DNA from: an uncultured Candidatus Rokubacteria bacterium
GTDB taxonomy: Bacteria > Methylomirabilota > Methylomirabilia > Rokubacteriales > CSP1-6
DNA length: 64,000 nucleotides
Direction of reading: 5' to 3'
Assembly (NCBI GenBank): GCA_963754315.1
Contig: CAVWFS010000001.1
Location: 96,001 to 160,000 of the forward strand
The position numbers and the translations under genes are program-made. Of the stretch, positions 19,909 to 29,993 are shown one piece after another (the first letter of the stretch is position 1; each line of letters starts with the position of its first letter). The notes under the pieces were generated by a model. That model did not search any database. It had not been told where the DNA came from and saw only the letters and a program-made list of their open reading frames with translations.

Positions 19909-21399
19909 GTGAGCTTCATCGACATGCGCCAGTGGATGACCTTGCTCGAGAAGGAAGGCGAGCTGCGGCGGGTCACGGCCGAGGTGGACTGGGACCGTGA
20001 GCTGGGCGCCATCGCCCGCCGAGTTCTCCAGAAGAAGGGACCGGCCCTGCTCTTCGAGAGCATCAGGGGATATCGGGGCGGGCGCTGCACGAAGCTCTTT
20101 ACGGGAGGGCTGGGTGCGCGCCCCCGGCTGGCCCTGGCTCTCGGTTTTCCGCGCGACGTCTCCAACCGCGAGCTGGTGCAGTACGTGATGAAGAAGAACC
20201 GCGAGGCGATCCCTCCCATTCTCGTGAAGACGGGCCCGGTGAAGGACGTCGTGCTACGGGGACCGGCTGTCGACCAGACAGAGTTCCCCGTTCCCAAGTG
20301 GCACTACCTGGAGGGCGGGCGCTACATCCACACGTTTTCGGGTATCGTCACCCGCGATCCGGAGACGCGCATCATGAACGTCGGCATCTACCGCGGGATG
20401 ATCGGCCACAAGGACACCGCCCCCTTCCTCCTCATCAAGGGCGGTCAGCACTGGGGCGCCCACTTCGTGAAATGGGCGGCGCGAAGAGAGCCCATGCCTG
20501 TGGCCTGCGTGGTCGGATGGGACCCGATCATGCCGTTTCTGGCCGGATCTCCGATTCCGGCGGGGGTGAGCGAGTGGGACGTCATGGGCGCCTATCGGAG
20601 TGAGCCGGCAGAGATGGTTCGCTGCGAGACCGTGGATTTGGAAGTTCCGGCGGCGGCCGAGATCGTCCTCGAAGGATTCATCGCCGACGATCCGGCCACC
20701 TACGAGCTCGAGGGACCGTTCGGCGAGTTCACGGGCTACGTCTCCGACATTCCCACGCCCCGACCGACCATGAAGGTGACCTGCATCACCCACCGACATG
20801 ATCCGATCTTTCGCGGCTGCCTGGAGGGAACGCTGCCCGGCTCGTACAGCGAGAACAGCATCATGTCGTCCGTGCAGCGGGCGGCCATCGCCTGGAACAT
20901 CCTGAACGGGGCTGGCATTCCCGGGATTGTCGACGTGTATGTCCCGCCCATCACCAACGGAGTCAACATCCGCATCCAGATCAAGAAGCACTACCAGGGG
21001 CAACCCAAGCAAATCGCGGCGGCGCTGTGGGGCAACAGCGCCGCCCAGTATCGCTACAAGCATGTGACCGTCGTCGAAGACGACATCGATCCCTCGGCCG
21101 ATGAGCAGGTCGAGTGGGCGATCGCGCATCGCGTGAACGCGGGGGAGGGGGGCATCGTGGTTTTTCCGGGCATCTTCGGGTCTCCCATCGATCCCAGCAC
21201 GCCCATGGAAGATCGAGACGTGGCCCAGCTCGGCACCGGCCTCTGGAACCGCATGCTCATCGACGCCACCCGCTCGTGGAAGAACGCGCGGCGGCCGGAG
21301 TGGGGCGGAGAACGCTTCCCGCCTACCGTGCGCCCGGCCGCCGCCGACGAAGAACGCGTGCAGGCCCGATGGGCCGAGTACGGTCTGGGCGAGTTCTGA
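19909..21399 (+). CDS. UbiD-family (prFMN-dependent) decarboxylase
   Basis: NVGIYR, VPAAAEIVLEG, EGPFGEFTGY (catalytic Glu) and VVEDDIDP motifs. Confidence 0.94.
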   Translation: MSFIDMRQWMTLLEKEGELRRVTAEVDWDRELGAIARRVLQKKGPALLFESIRGYRGGRCTKLFTGGLGARPRLALALGFPRDVSNRELVQYVMKKNREAIPPILVKTGPVKDVVLRGPAVDQTEFPVPKWHYLEGGRYIHTFSGIVTRDPETRIMNVGIYRGMIGHKDTAPFLLIKGGQHWGAHFVKWAARREPMPVACVVGWDPIMPFLAGSPIPAGVSEWDVMGAYRSEPAEMVRCETVDLEVPAAAEIVLEGFIADDPATYELEGPFGEFTGYVSDIPTPRPTMKVTCITHRHDPIFRGCLEGTLPGSYSENSIMSSVQRAAIAWNILNGAGIPGIVDVYVPPITNGVNIRIQIKKHYQGQPKQIAAALWGNSAAQYRYKHVTVVEDDIDPSADEQVEWAIAHRVNAGEGGIVVFPGIFGSPIDPSTPMEDRDVAQLGTGLWNRMLIDATRSWKNARRPEWGGERFPPTVRPAAADEERVQARWAEYGLGEF

Positions 21400-21430
21400 G
21401 GGCACACCAGCTGCGGCAAGGACCTCGACC

Positions 21431-22546
21431 ATGAAGATCACCGAGCTTCGCGCGCTCGCCCTCGGCATCCCCCTCCGGTCCATGACGCCGCCCTCGCCGT
21501 GGGAGGGCGGTCTGGCCAAGCAGGTCCTCGTGCGCCTGTCTACCGACGAGGGGCTGATCGGGTGGGGGGAGTGCTTCGCGTACGGGGCTCCACTCGCGGT
21601 GTGCAACGTCGTTGAGGACGCGCTGGCGCCTCTCGTGGTCGGCCAGGATCCGATGCACATCGAGCAGCTCACCCGCTCGATGCACCAGGCGCTCATGATC
21701 TGGGGCCGGCGCGGGCTCGGCATGTTTGCGATCAGTGGGGTCGAACTGGCTCTGTGGGACCTCGTCGGGAAGGCTCGCCAAGCGCCCTTGTACGAGCTGC
21801 TGGGTGGGCTCGTGCAACCAACCGTGCAGGCCTACGCGAGCCTCCTGCGCTATCCCAGCCCGTCCGATGTGGGGCGCGCGGTTGCCGCCATGGTTGCCCG
21901 CGGCTATACCGCCGTCAAGCTTCACCAGATCGACGTGGAGTCAGTGGGTGTGGCGCGGGAGGCGGGCGGCGACGGCATCGCGCTGATGCTCGACACAAAC
22001 TGTCCGTGGAGTGTGGAGGAGGCCATCCGGATCGGGCGCCGGCTCGAGCGGTACGACCTCCGCTGGCTGGAGGAACCCGTGTGGCCACCGGAAGACTATG
22101 CCGGACTGGCCCGTGTCCGGGCGGCCGTGCGGATCCCCATCGCGAGCGGCGAGAACGACGCCACCGTGCACGGCTTCGCCGCCCTCCTAGCGGCCGGGGC
22201 GGCTGACATCGTGCAGCCAAGCATGACCAAGGTGGGCGGCGTGGGTGAAATGAAGAAAATTGCCGTGCTGGCCGCCGCCGCCAACGCGACCTTCGTCCCC
22301 CACTCCTTCTACTTCGGCCCTGGTTTGGCGGCCACCCTGCACGTGGCGGCTTCCACCCCCGGGGTGCCCTATGTGGAATTCCCGCCCGGAGAATTGGAGG
22401 CGCCATTGGTGGCCGAGCCGATTCGCTGTGCGGGGGGCGTGGTCTCGGCCAGCGACCGCCCCGGCCTTGGCGCCGATCCAAATCCGGAGATCCTTGCGCG
22501 CTACCCCTACGGGCGTGAGGGTGCCCGGCCCTTCTACCTGACCTGA
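21431..22546 (+). CDS. Mandelate racemase/muconate lactonizing enzyme family protein
   Basis: ISGVELALWDL, KLH, LMLDTN, WLEEP and ASGEN motifs. Confidence 0.92.
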   Translation: MKITELRALALGIPLRSMTPPSPWEGGLAKQVLVRLSTDEGLIGWGECFAYGAPLAVCNVVEDALAPLVVGQDPMHIEQLTRSMHQALMIWGRRGLGMFAISGVELALWDLVGKARQAPLYELLGGLVQPTVQAYASLLRYPSPSDVGRAVAAMVARGYTAVKLHQIDVESVGVAREAGGDGIALMLDTNCPWSVEEAIRIGRRLERYDLRWLEEPVWPPEDYAGLARVRAAVRIPIASGENDATVHGFAALLAAGAADIVQPSMTKVGGVGEMKKIAVLAAAANATFVPHSFYFGPGLAATLHVAASTPGVPYVEFPPGELEAPLVAEPIRCAGGVVSASDRPGLGADPNPEILARYPYGREGARPFYLT

Positions 22547-22561
22547 TTCAGGAGGAATGCC

Positions 22562-23245
22562 ATGAGCCACCCAAGCAGCTTCAGGCAAGAGCTGGAGGCG
22601 GCCGTCAACGCTCGCCATAGCCGTCTCAATCCCTTCACCGACCGGTGGGTGAAGGGAGAGTTGACCAGGGCACAGCTCGGGGCATGGGCCGCCCAGCACT
22701 ATCAGTACGTGGGCCAGTTCCCGCGCTGGTGCGCGCGCGTCTACGCTGGCTGTCCCTATTCTGATGCCCGTGACTTCCTGCTGGAGAACATCATCGAGGA
22801 AGAATCCGGGACCAAGCATGTCGACCTGCTCATCCGCTTCGCTGAAGCGTGCGGAGTCAGCCGGACCGAGGTCGAGACGACTCGACAACTGCCAACCACC
22901 CGAGCCCTCACGGCCTGGTGCTACGAGATGTCCCACCAGCCGTTCTACGAGGCGGCGGCCGGTCTGCTGGTGGGCCTGGAGTCCCAGGTGCCCGGGATCT
23001 ACCGGCGCAACCTGCCGCCTCTCAAGCCGCTCTACGGCTTCTCCGACCACGAGGTGGAGTTCTTTGCCGTCCACATCGAGGCAGACGAGGTGCACGGCGA
23101 GCGGGGCTACGAGATCGTCGAGCAGGCGTGCACCACACACGAGATGCAGGCGCGCGCCGTGGACGCCGTGCGCCAGGCCACCGAGATGCGCTGGCAGTAC
23201 ATGACGGGGCTGTTCCGCGCCTACGTCCTCAAGGAGGAGCTGTGA
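22562..23245 (+). CDS. Heme-oxygenase-like diiron protein (CADD/PqqC/TenA fold)
   Basis: WVKGELT, ENIIEEE..KH, ESQVP and FFAVHIEADEVH diiron ligand pattern. Confidence 0.85.
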   Translation: MSHPSSFRQELEAAVNARHSRLNPFTDRWVKGELTRAQLGAWAAQHYQYVGQFPRWCARVYAGCPYSDARDFLLENIIEEESGTKHVDLLIRFAEACGVSRTEVETTRQLPTTRALTAWCYEMSHQPFYEAAAGLLVGLESQVPGIYRRNLPPLKPLYGFSDHEVEFFAVHIEADEVHGERGYEIVEQACTTHEMQARAVDAVRQATEMRWQYMTGLFRAYVLKEEL

Positions 23246-23553
23246 GCGGCGCCGTCCGGGTGGCCCGTCTGGACGAGCTGGCGTCGGGCCAGACGAAGCT
23301 CGTGGAAGTGAATGGCCACCGCGTGGTGCTGGTTCGCGTCGGGGACGCGGTCTACGCCTGCAGTGACGTGTGCGCCCACCAGGGCGGGCCTCTCAGTGAC
23401 GGCCGGCTGTACGGATCGCGCCTGGCCTGCCCCTGGCACGGCTGGCACTTCGACGTCCGCACCGGCGAGTGCGTGCTGCCAGGGCGAGGAGCCCGTGTCC
23501 CCAACTACCCCGTCCGGGTCGAGGCGGGCGAGGTGTGGGTCGAGGTCGTATAA
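23242..23553 (+). CDS. Rieske [2Fe-2S] ferredoxin
   Basis: CAHQGG...CPWHGW motif; GTGA overlap with the diiron gene. Confidence 0.93.
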   Translation: MSGAVRVARLDELASGQTKLVEVNGHRVVLVRVGDAVYACSDVCAHQGGPLSDGRLYGSRLACPWHGWHFDVRTGECVLPGRGARVPNYPVRVEAGEVWVEVV

Positions 23554-23979
23554 GTGCCCTTGTCGATCGCGTGGGCGGTGGAGTGCATCGAGCGCGGCTT
23601 TGCCAAGGCGACCGAGCTAGATTTCAAGGTCGCGGTGGCAGTGGTCGACGACGCCGGTCACCTCGTCGCTTCCCATCGCATGGACGGGGCACTATGGGTG
23701 ACGCCTGACATCGCCCGGGCGAAGGCCAATGCGGCCGCCGCCTTCCGCGCCTCCACGGCGGATCTGGAGGAACGGTTCAGCGGGGCCCGCCACCTGTTCG
23801 CCTCCAACGTGGCCACCCTTGGAGACCACCGCTTCGTGTTCGGCCGGGGAGCAGTTCCTCTCATGCAGAAGGGCATCATCGTCGGAGCGGTCGGCGTCAG
23901 CGGTGCCGTGCCTGCCGACAACGACCAGCTGATTGCCGAAGCGGCCGCCGGGCATCCAACGGCTCCCAAGGGCCATTGA
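23554..23979 (+). CDS. GlcG/HbpS-family heme-binding protein
   Basis: VAVVDDAGHL..HRMDGA..IARAKA and VGAVGVSG motifs. Confidence 0.88.
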   Translation: MPLSIAWAVECIERGFAKATELDFKVAVAVVDDAGHLVASHRMDGALWVTPDIARAKANAAAAFRASTADLEERFSGARHLFASNVATLGDHRFVFGRGAVPLMQKGIIVGAVGVSGAVPADNDQLIAEAAAGHPTAPKGH

Positions 23980-24004
23980 CCGGGTAGGGGGTATCCTCGG
24001 GGCG

Positions 24005-24484
24005 ATGCTGCCCGTCGTGCTGAGTCCCGCGTCGTCGCCCGAGGACCTTCGGTGCGTCCGGGCGCTGTTCGAGGAGTACGCGGCCTCGCTCGAATACTCC
24101 CTCGGCTTCCAAGGATTCGCCGAAGAGCTAGCAACCCTTCCCGGAGCCTACGCTCCGCCCACCGGGCAGCTGCTCGTGGCCCGGATCGAGGGCCAGCCCG
24201 CCGGCTGCGTGGGGCTCCGCCCACTCGGGGGCAAGGTCTGCGAGATGAAACGCCTGTTTGTCCGCCCGCCCTACCTGGGCAGGGGCGTCGGGCGCCGTCT
24301 CGCGACAGCGATCATCGACGAGGCGCGGCGCCTGGGTTACATGACGATCAAGCTCGACACGCTACCGTCGATGCAGGCGGCCGCCGCCCTCTACGAGTCC
24401 CTCGGCTTCAAGGACACCAGCCCCTACACCGAGAACCCCATCCGCGGCGCGCGCTTCATGCAGCTTGCCCTCGACCCTTCATGA
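24005..24484 (+). CDS. GNAT family N-acetyltransferase
   Basis: CEMKRLFVRP..GRGVGR and LDTLPSM..A..LYESLGF motifs. Confidence 0.9.
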   Translation: MLPVVLSPASSPEDLRCVRALFEEYAASLEYSLGFQGFAEELATLPGAYAPPTGQLLVARIEGQPAGCVGLRPLGGKVCEMKRLFVRPPYLGRGVGRRLATAIIDEARRLGYMTIKLDTLPSMQAAAALYESLGFKDTSPYTENPIRGARFMQLALDPS

Positions 24485-24660
24485 TTCTCCCGGGGGTCCC
24501 GTAAAGGAACTCTTGTGCTGAAACGTAGGTTACAATACCGCCGGCCCGCTGGGGGTAGGGGGTCAGCGTGGCCACACGCTTCAGCTCGGGACGCATGGCC
24601 TCCCTCGCGCGCTCAGGTGTCATCTCCATCGACACGGCGACTAGCACAAGGAGGTGCTTC

Positions 24661-25806
24661 ATGAAGGATCCGCAAGCAAACACGGAGACACCACGCCGCA
24701 CGTTTCTGAGGGGGGCGGCGGTCGCGGCCGCGGCGGGGACCGCCGCGCTCGGCTTTCCCCGCGTGGCGGCCGCCCAGGGGCCGATCACGATGCGCTGGCA
24801 AAGTACCTGGCCCGCCAAGGACATCTTCCACGAGTATGCGCTCGACTTCGCCAAGAAGCTCAACGACATGACCGGGGGCGACCTCAAGATCGAGGTGCTG
24901 CCGGCAGGGGCGGTGGTCCCCGCCTTCGGACTGCTGGATGCGGTGTCGAAGGGGACCCTCGATGGCGGCCACGGCGTGCTCGTCTATCACTACGGCAAGC
25001 AGACGGCGCTCGCCCTCTGGGGGTCGGGTCCGGCCTTCGGCATGGACGCCAACATGCTGCTGTCCTGGCACAAGTACGGCGGCGGCAAGGAGCTGCTCGA
25101 CAAGCTCTACAAGTCGATCAACGCCAACGTGGTGTCCTTCCCGTACGGCCCCATGCCGACGCAGCCGCTCGGCTGGTTCAAGAAGCCCATCACCAAGCCC
25201 GACGACTTCAAGGGCCTCAAGTTCCGTACGGTGGGCATCTCCATCGACGTCTTCACCGGACTGGGGGCGGCCGTGAACGCGCTTCCCGGCGGCGACATCG
25301 TGCCGGCCATGGACCGGGGCCTCCTCGACGCGGCCGAGTTCAACAACGCCACCTCCGACCGCATACTCGGATTTGCCGATGTGTCCAAGGTGTGCATGCT
25401 GCAGAGCTTCCATCAAAACGCGGAGCAGTTGGAGATCACGTTCAACAAGACGAAGTTCGATGCGCTGCCGGACAAGATGAAGGCGATCATCGCGACCACG
25501 GTAGAAGCGGCCTCGGCCGACATGTCCTGGAAGGCCATCGACCGCTACTCGAAGGACTACATCGAGCTGCAGACCAAGGACAAGGTGCGCTTCTACAAGA
25601 CCCCGGACTCCCTCCTGCAGAAGCAGCTCGAGGTGTATGACGCCGCCGCCGACAAGAAGGCCAGCGACAATCCGCTCTTCAAGGAAATCGTCGAGTCCCA
25701 GCGCGCCTTCGCGGCGCGTGCTGTGAAGTGGGACCTCGACACCAACGTCAATCGCCGGATGGCCTACAACCACTACTTCGGCAAGCCGGCCGCCAAGAAG
25801 AGCTAA
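24661..25806 (+). CDS. dctP: TRAP transporter solute-binding subunit DctP (Tat-exported, TakP-like)
   Basis: AGGAGG RBS; PRRTFL twin-arginine signal; FKGLKFR and LDAAEF motifs. Confidence 0.92.
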   Translation: MKDPQANTETPRRTFLRGAAVAAAAGTAALGFPRVAAAQGPITMRWQSTWPAKDIFHEYALDFAKKLNDMTGGDLKIEVLPAGAVVPAFGLLDAVSKGTLDGGHGVLVYHYGKQTALALWGSGPAFGMDANMLLSWHKYGGGKELLDKLYKSINANVVSFPYGPMPTQPLGWFKKPITKPDDFKGLKFRTVGISIDVFTGLGAAVNALPGGDIVPAMDRGLLDAAEFNNATSDRILGFADVSKVCMLQSFHQNAEQLEITFNKTKFDALPDKMKAIIATTVEAASADMSWKAIDRYSKDYIELQTKDKVRFYKTPDSLLQKQLEVYDAAADKKASDNPLFKEIVESQRAFAARAVKWDLDTNVNRRMAYNHYFGKPAAKKS

Positions 25807-25877
25807 CCCTTCGTGATCCTCTCCGGACCGATCCTCCCGCCGCCGCACGGCGACGGGAGGATCGGCGGGGTACGCCC

Positions 25878-26558
25878 ATGACCGCCCAGCGCCTGGTGCG
25901 GACCATCGATCAGGTCAGCTACTGGTCGGGCAAGGCCTGCGCGTGGTTGATCGTGGCCCTCACCCTGGTCGTCTGCGTCGAGGTGTTCAAGCGCTACATC
26001 CTGAACGCTCCCACCGCCTGGATCTTCGACTTCAACAACATGCTCTACGGCACCTTGTTCATGATGTGCGGGGCCTACACCTTGGCGCAAGGCGGACACG
26101 TGCGGGCCGACTTCGTGTACGGGCGTCTGCAGCCGCGCACCCAGGCCACCCTCGACCTGGCCCTCTACGTCCTGTTCTTTGTTCCGGGGATCCTGGCCTT
26201 GATCTATGCGGGGTACGACTACGCGCGCGACTCATGGCTGATCGGGGAGCACTCGACAGTCACGGCCGAGGGGCCGCCTGTGTACCACTTCAAGTCGGTC
26301 ATTCCGGTGGCGGGAGTGCTGGTCATGCTGCAAGGGCTGGCCGAGATCATCCGGTGCGTGGTATGCATGCGCACCGGAGTGTGGCCTGCTCGCCTGAAGG
26401 ACGTGGAGGAAATCGACGTCGTCGGCGAGCAGCTGGCGCGGAGCGAGTTCGTCGACGAGGAATCGCGCCGGGCTGCCGTGGAATCGGCCCACGCCATCGA
26501 CGAAGCGGCGCATCACCGGGCCACGGTCGACACCACGGAAGGCCGCCCTCGTGAGTGA
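25878..26558 (+). CDS. dctQ: TRAP transporter small permease DctQ
   Basis: EVFKRYILNAPTAW and GAYTLAQGGHVRAD motifs. Confidence 0.9.
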   Translation: MTAQRLVRTIDQVSYWSGKACAWLIVALTLVVCVEVFKRYILNAPTAWIFDFNNMLYGTLFMMCGAYTLAQGGHVRADFVYGRLQPRTQATLDLALYVLFFVPGILALIYAGYDYARDSWLIGEHSTVTAEGPPVYHFKSVIPVAGVLVMLQGLAEIIRCVVCMRTGVWPARLKDVEEIDVVGEQLARSEFVDEESRRAAVESAHAIDEAAHHRATVDTTEGRPRE

Positions 26559-28661
26559 TCCCGCGCTCGGCCTGACCATGCTCGGGCTCATCGTGATCGC
26601 CATCATGATGGGGTTTCCGACTGCGTTCACCCTGATGGGACTCGGGATGGTGTTCGGGTACCTCGCGTTCTGGGATCCCTCCCACCCCTGGCTCGACAAC
26701 AAGATCTTCGATCTCATGGTGCAGCGGACCTACGGGGTGATGACCAACGACACCCTGCTCTCCGTTCCCCTGTTCGTGTTCATGGGGTACATCATCGAAC
26801 GCGCGGCGCTCGTGGACCGGATGTTCTTCAGCGTGCAGCTGGCCTTCCGGCGTCTTCCCGGATCGCTCGCGGTGACCACCTTGCTCGTGTGCGCCTTCTG
26901 GGGTATTGCCTCCGGCATCGTGGGGGCGGTCGTCGTCCTGATGGGTGTGATCGCGATGCGGCCGATGCTGAACGCCGGCTACGACGTGCGACTGGCGTCG
27001 GGAGCCATCACGGCCGGCGGGACCCTTGGTATCCTGATCCCGCCGTCGGTCATGTTGATCGTCTATGCAGCGGTGGCCGGTCAGTCGATCGTGAAGCTCT
27101 ACGCGGCAGCCATGTTACCTGGCTTCTTCCTGACCTTCCTCTACCTCGTGTACATCATCGGATGGGCCGTTCTCAATCCCAAGGTGGCGCCCAGGCTGCC
27201 CGCCGACAAGTACCGGATACCGGTGCCGGGGTGGATAGAGCGGCTGCAGCGGGGCTCATCGCAACGCGTGGTGGGGGGACTCTTGGCGGCCGTGCTGCGA
27301 CCGAGCGTCCGTCGAGGCCTGCAGACACCAGACGGTCACGCCGTCGGCTATGGCCTGGTTCTCCGCAACCTGCTCACGGTGACCGTCCCGTTCGCGCTCA
27401 CGGTTGGTCTCTTTGCGGCGGGCTGGTGGTATGTGGTCATCTACAACGCCCCCTCGGCCACAGCCATGGTTTCTCCGGGAGCGCCCGTTGCATCCGTGGG
27501 AGCTCAGCCGGTCAAACCGCCAGAACTTGGGAGGGCAGTCTCCGACAAGCCCCAGGAACTGGGAGTGGCCGCTCCTGCCAAGCCCGAGGAGCTCGGCGCG
27601 GCCGAGCCCGACAAGCCGAGGAACTCGGAGCGGCCGAGTCTTCACCGGCCTCCGCCGAAGCGCCGGCGGCGGTGGATGCCCCTCCCCAGGAAGTCGGGAC
27701 CCTCGTGGCCGATCCGGGCGCATCAACAGCGGGCAGGATCCCCGAGCACTTCGCCTTGTGGTTTTGGGCCTGTGCCGTGCTCTCCGCGATCGTGCTGGGG
27801 ATCTACTACTGGCGCATGGACGGTGAGCAGCTGCAGATCCTGAAGGAACTCGTGGTGTCCGTGGTGCCGCTCGGCGTGCTTACCGTCGTCGTCCTCGCCG
27901 TGATCCTGCTCGGGATAACCACCGCCACCGAATCGGCGGCGGTGGGCGCCCTGGGCGCGATCTATCTGGCCGCCTTCGCGAAATCGCCGCGACCGGCCCT
28001 CTGGTCGAGCCTGGTAGGCGGCATCATCGGCCTCGCTCTCGGCATGCGTCGGGGTGACCTGGCGACCTTGTTCGTCTCGGGCGCGCTCGGGGCGACCTTC
28101 GCCGGCGCGGTGGGTCCCTGGCTCAGAGGGCGCGAGGCCTCGCGCGAGCTCCTGGCCAACCTGAAGGAGTCGACCTTCCTCACCGCCAAGACGACGGCGA
28201 TGGTGTGCTGGCTGTTCGTGGGCTCCGCGCTCTTCTCCGGCGTGTTCGCCCTGCACGGCGGCCAGTCGCTGATCGAGCGCTGGGTGCTGGGTATGAATCT
28301 GTCACCGCTCGGGTTCCTGATTCTGTCCCAGCTCATCATTTTCCTGCTCGGCTGGCCGCTGGAGTGGACGGAGATCATCGTGATCTTCGTCCCCATCTTC
28401 ATTCCGCTCCTGAGCCACTTCCACGTGGATCCCCTGCTGTTCGGGACCATGGTGGCCGTGAATCTCCAGGCAGCGTTTCTCTCGCCGCCGGTGGCCATGT
28501 CGGCCTTCTATCTGAAGGGCGTGTCCCCGCCCCATGTGACGCTCGCCCAGATCTTTGCGGGGATGATGCCGTACATGCTGATCGTCATCGTCTGTCTGGC
28601 CTTCATGTACCTCTGGCCGGGTATGACGCTCTGGCTGCCGCAGTTCCTGTACGGCGGCTGA
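26551..28661 (+). CDS. dctM: TRAP transporter large permease DctM with a long repeat-containing insertion; frameshift near 27616
   Basis: AGGTLGILIPPSV, TATESAAVGA, GWPLEWTEII and LSPPVAM motifs across two frames. Confidence 0.88.
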
Positions 28662-28664
28662 GCA

Positions 28665-29993
28665 ATGGATCTGCACCGACTGACCGCCTCCGAGGCGGCC
28701 CACCTGATCCGACAGGGGGTCATTAGCTCGGAGCAACTGGTCGACGGCTGCTTGGCCCGCGTCCGCGAGGCGGACCCGCAGGTCCAAGCGTGGGCCTTCC
28801 TCGATCCCGAGTACGCGCTCGCCCAGGCGCGCGCCGCCGACGACTGGCGGCGCTTGGGACGACCGACAGGCCCCCTGCACGGGGTTCCCGTGGGCATCAA
28901 GGACATCTTCGACACCGCCGACATGCCGACCGAGCACGGGTCGCCCCTCTACCGTGGCCACACGCCAGCGGGTGACGCAGCCGTGGTGGCCCGGCTGCGA
29001 GCGTCGGGCGCGCTCGTCCTGGGCAAGACCGTGACGACGGAATTCGCCAGCCGCACGCCCGGCAAGACCCGGAACCCTCACAACCCGGCGCACACACCCG
29101 GGGGATCGTCCAGCGGCTCGGCGGCGGCGGTGGCGGCAGACATGGTGCCGCTCGCCCTCGGCAGCCAGACGGGCGGCTCGACCATCCGGCCGGCATCGTT
29201 CTGCGGCGTGTACGGTTTCAAGCCGACGCACGGTCTCATCACTCGTCACGGTATGCTCAGGCTCTCGCGCACCCTGGATCACGTCGGCCTATTCGCGCGA
29301 ACGATCGAGGACATCGCGCTGCTCGCCGAGCAACTCGCCGGCTACGACGAGCGTGACCCCGACTCGCACCGCATGGCCCAGGTCCCGTACAGCCAGATGG
29401 CCGCCGAGGAGCCACCGCTGGCGCCGATGTTCGCCTTCGTGAAAACCTCCAGCTGGGACGGCGTCACCGACGAGACCAAAGAGGCGTTCGCGGAGCTGAC
29501 GGGACGACTGGGCGATCGGGTCGAGGAGGTCGAGCTGTCGGAAGCAGCCGCCGAGGCGGCCGAGTGGCATCAGGTCATCATGGAGGCCGAGATGGCCCTG
29601 AATCTGGGTCCCGAGTGGGAACGAGGCCGCGCTCAGCTTTCGGACTCCTTGTGCGCGCGACTCGAGCGGGGCCAGGCGGTACGCGCCATCGACTACCTAC
29701 GGGCGCGAACCCGCGGACCCGAGCTGCACGAGAGCCTCGCCGAGCTATTCACCCTGCGCTACGATGCCATCCTCACCCCAGCTGCTGCCGGGACAGCGCC
29801 CCCTGGTCTCACGTCGACGGGAGACCCGGCCTTCTGTACCTTGTGGACCCTGTGTGGCATGCCGGCGGTCAGCGTGCCGCTCATGCAGGGTGCGCACGAC
29901 CTCCCGCTCGGTGTGCAGCTGGTTGGCCCGCGCCATGGGGACGCGCGGCTGTTGCGTACGGCGCGCTGGCTGGTTACCCAGCTGCGGTCCTAG
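28665..29993 (+). CDS. Amidase-signature family protein
   Basis: GVPVGIKD, PGGSSSGS and GSQTGGSTIRPAS motifs (Ser-cisSer-Lys triad). Confidence 0.93.
   Translation: MDLHRLTASEAAHLIRQGVISSEQLVDGCLARVREADPQVQAWAFLDPEYALAQARAADDWRRLGRPTGPLHGVPVGIKDIFDTADMPTEHGSPLYRGHTPAGDAAVVARLRASGALVLGKTVTTEFASRTPGKTRNPHNPAHTPGGSSSGSAAAVAADMVPLALGSQTGGSTIRPASFCGVYGFKPTHGLITRHGMLRLSRTLDHVGLFARTIEDIALLAEQLAGYDERDPDSHRMAQVPYSQMAAEEPPLAPMFAFVKTSSWDGVTDETKEAFAELTGRLGDRVEEVELSEAAAEAAEWHQVIMEAEMALNLGPEWERGRAQLSDSLCARLERGQAVRAIDYLRARTRGPELHESLAELFTLRYDAILTPAAAGTAPPGLTSTGDPAFCTLWTLCGMPAVSVPLMQGAHDLPLGVQLVGPRHGDARLLRTARWLVTQLRS

Noticed and set aside
22562..23245. pABA synthase CADD or PqqC
   Set aside because: The sacrificial Tyr/Lys appear substituted, and there are no folate or pqq genes nearby.
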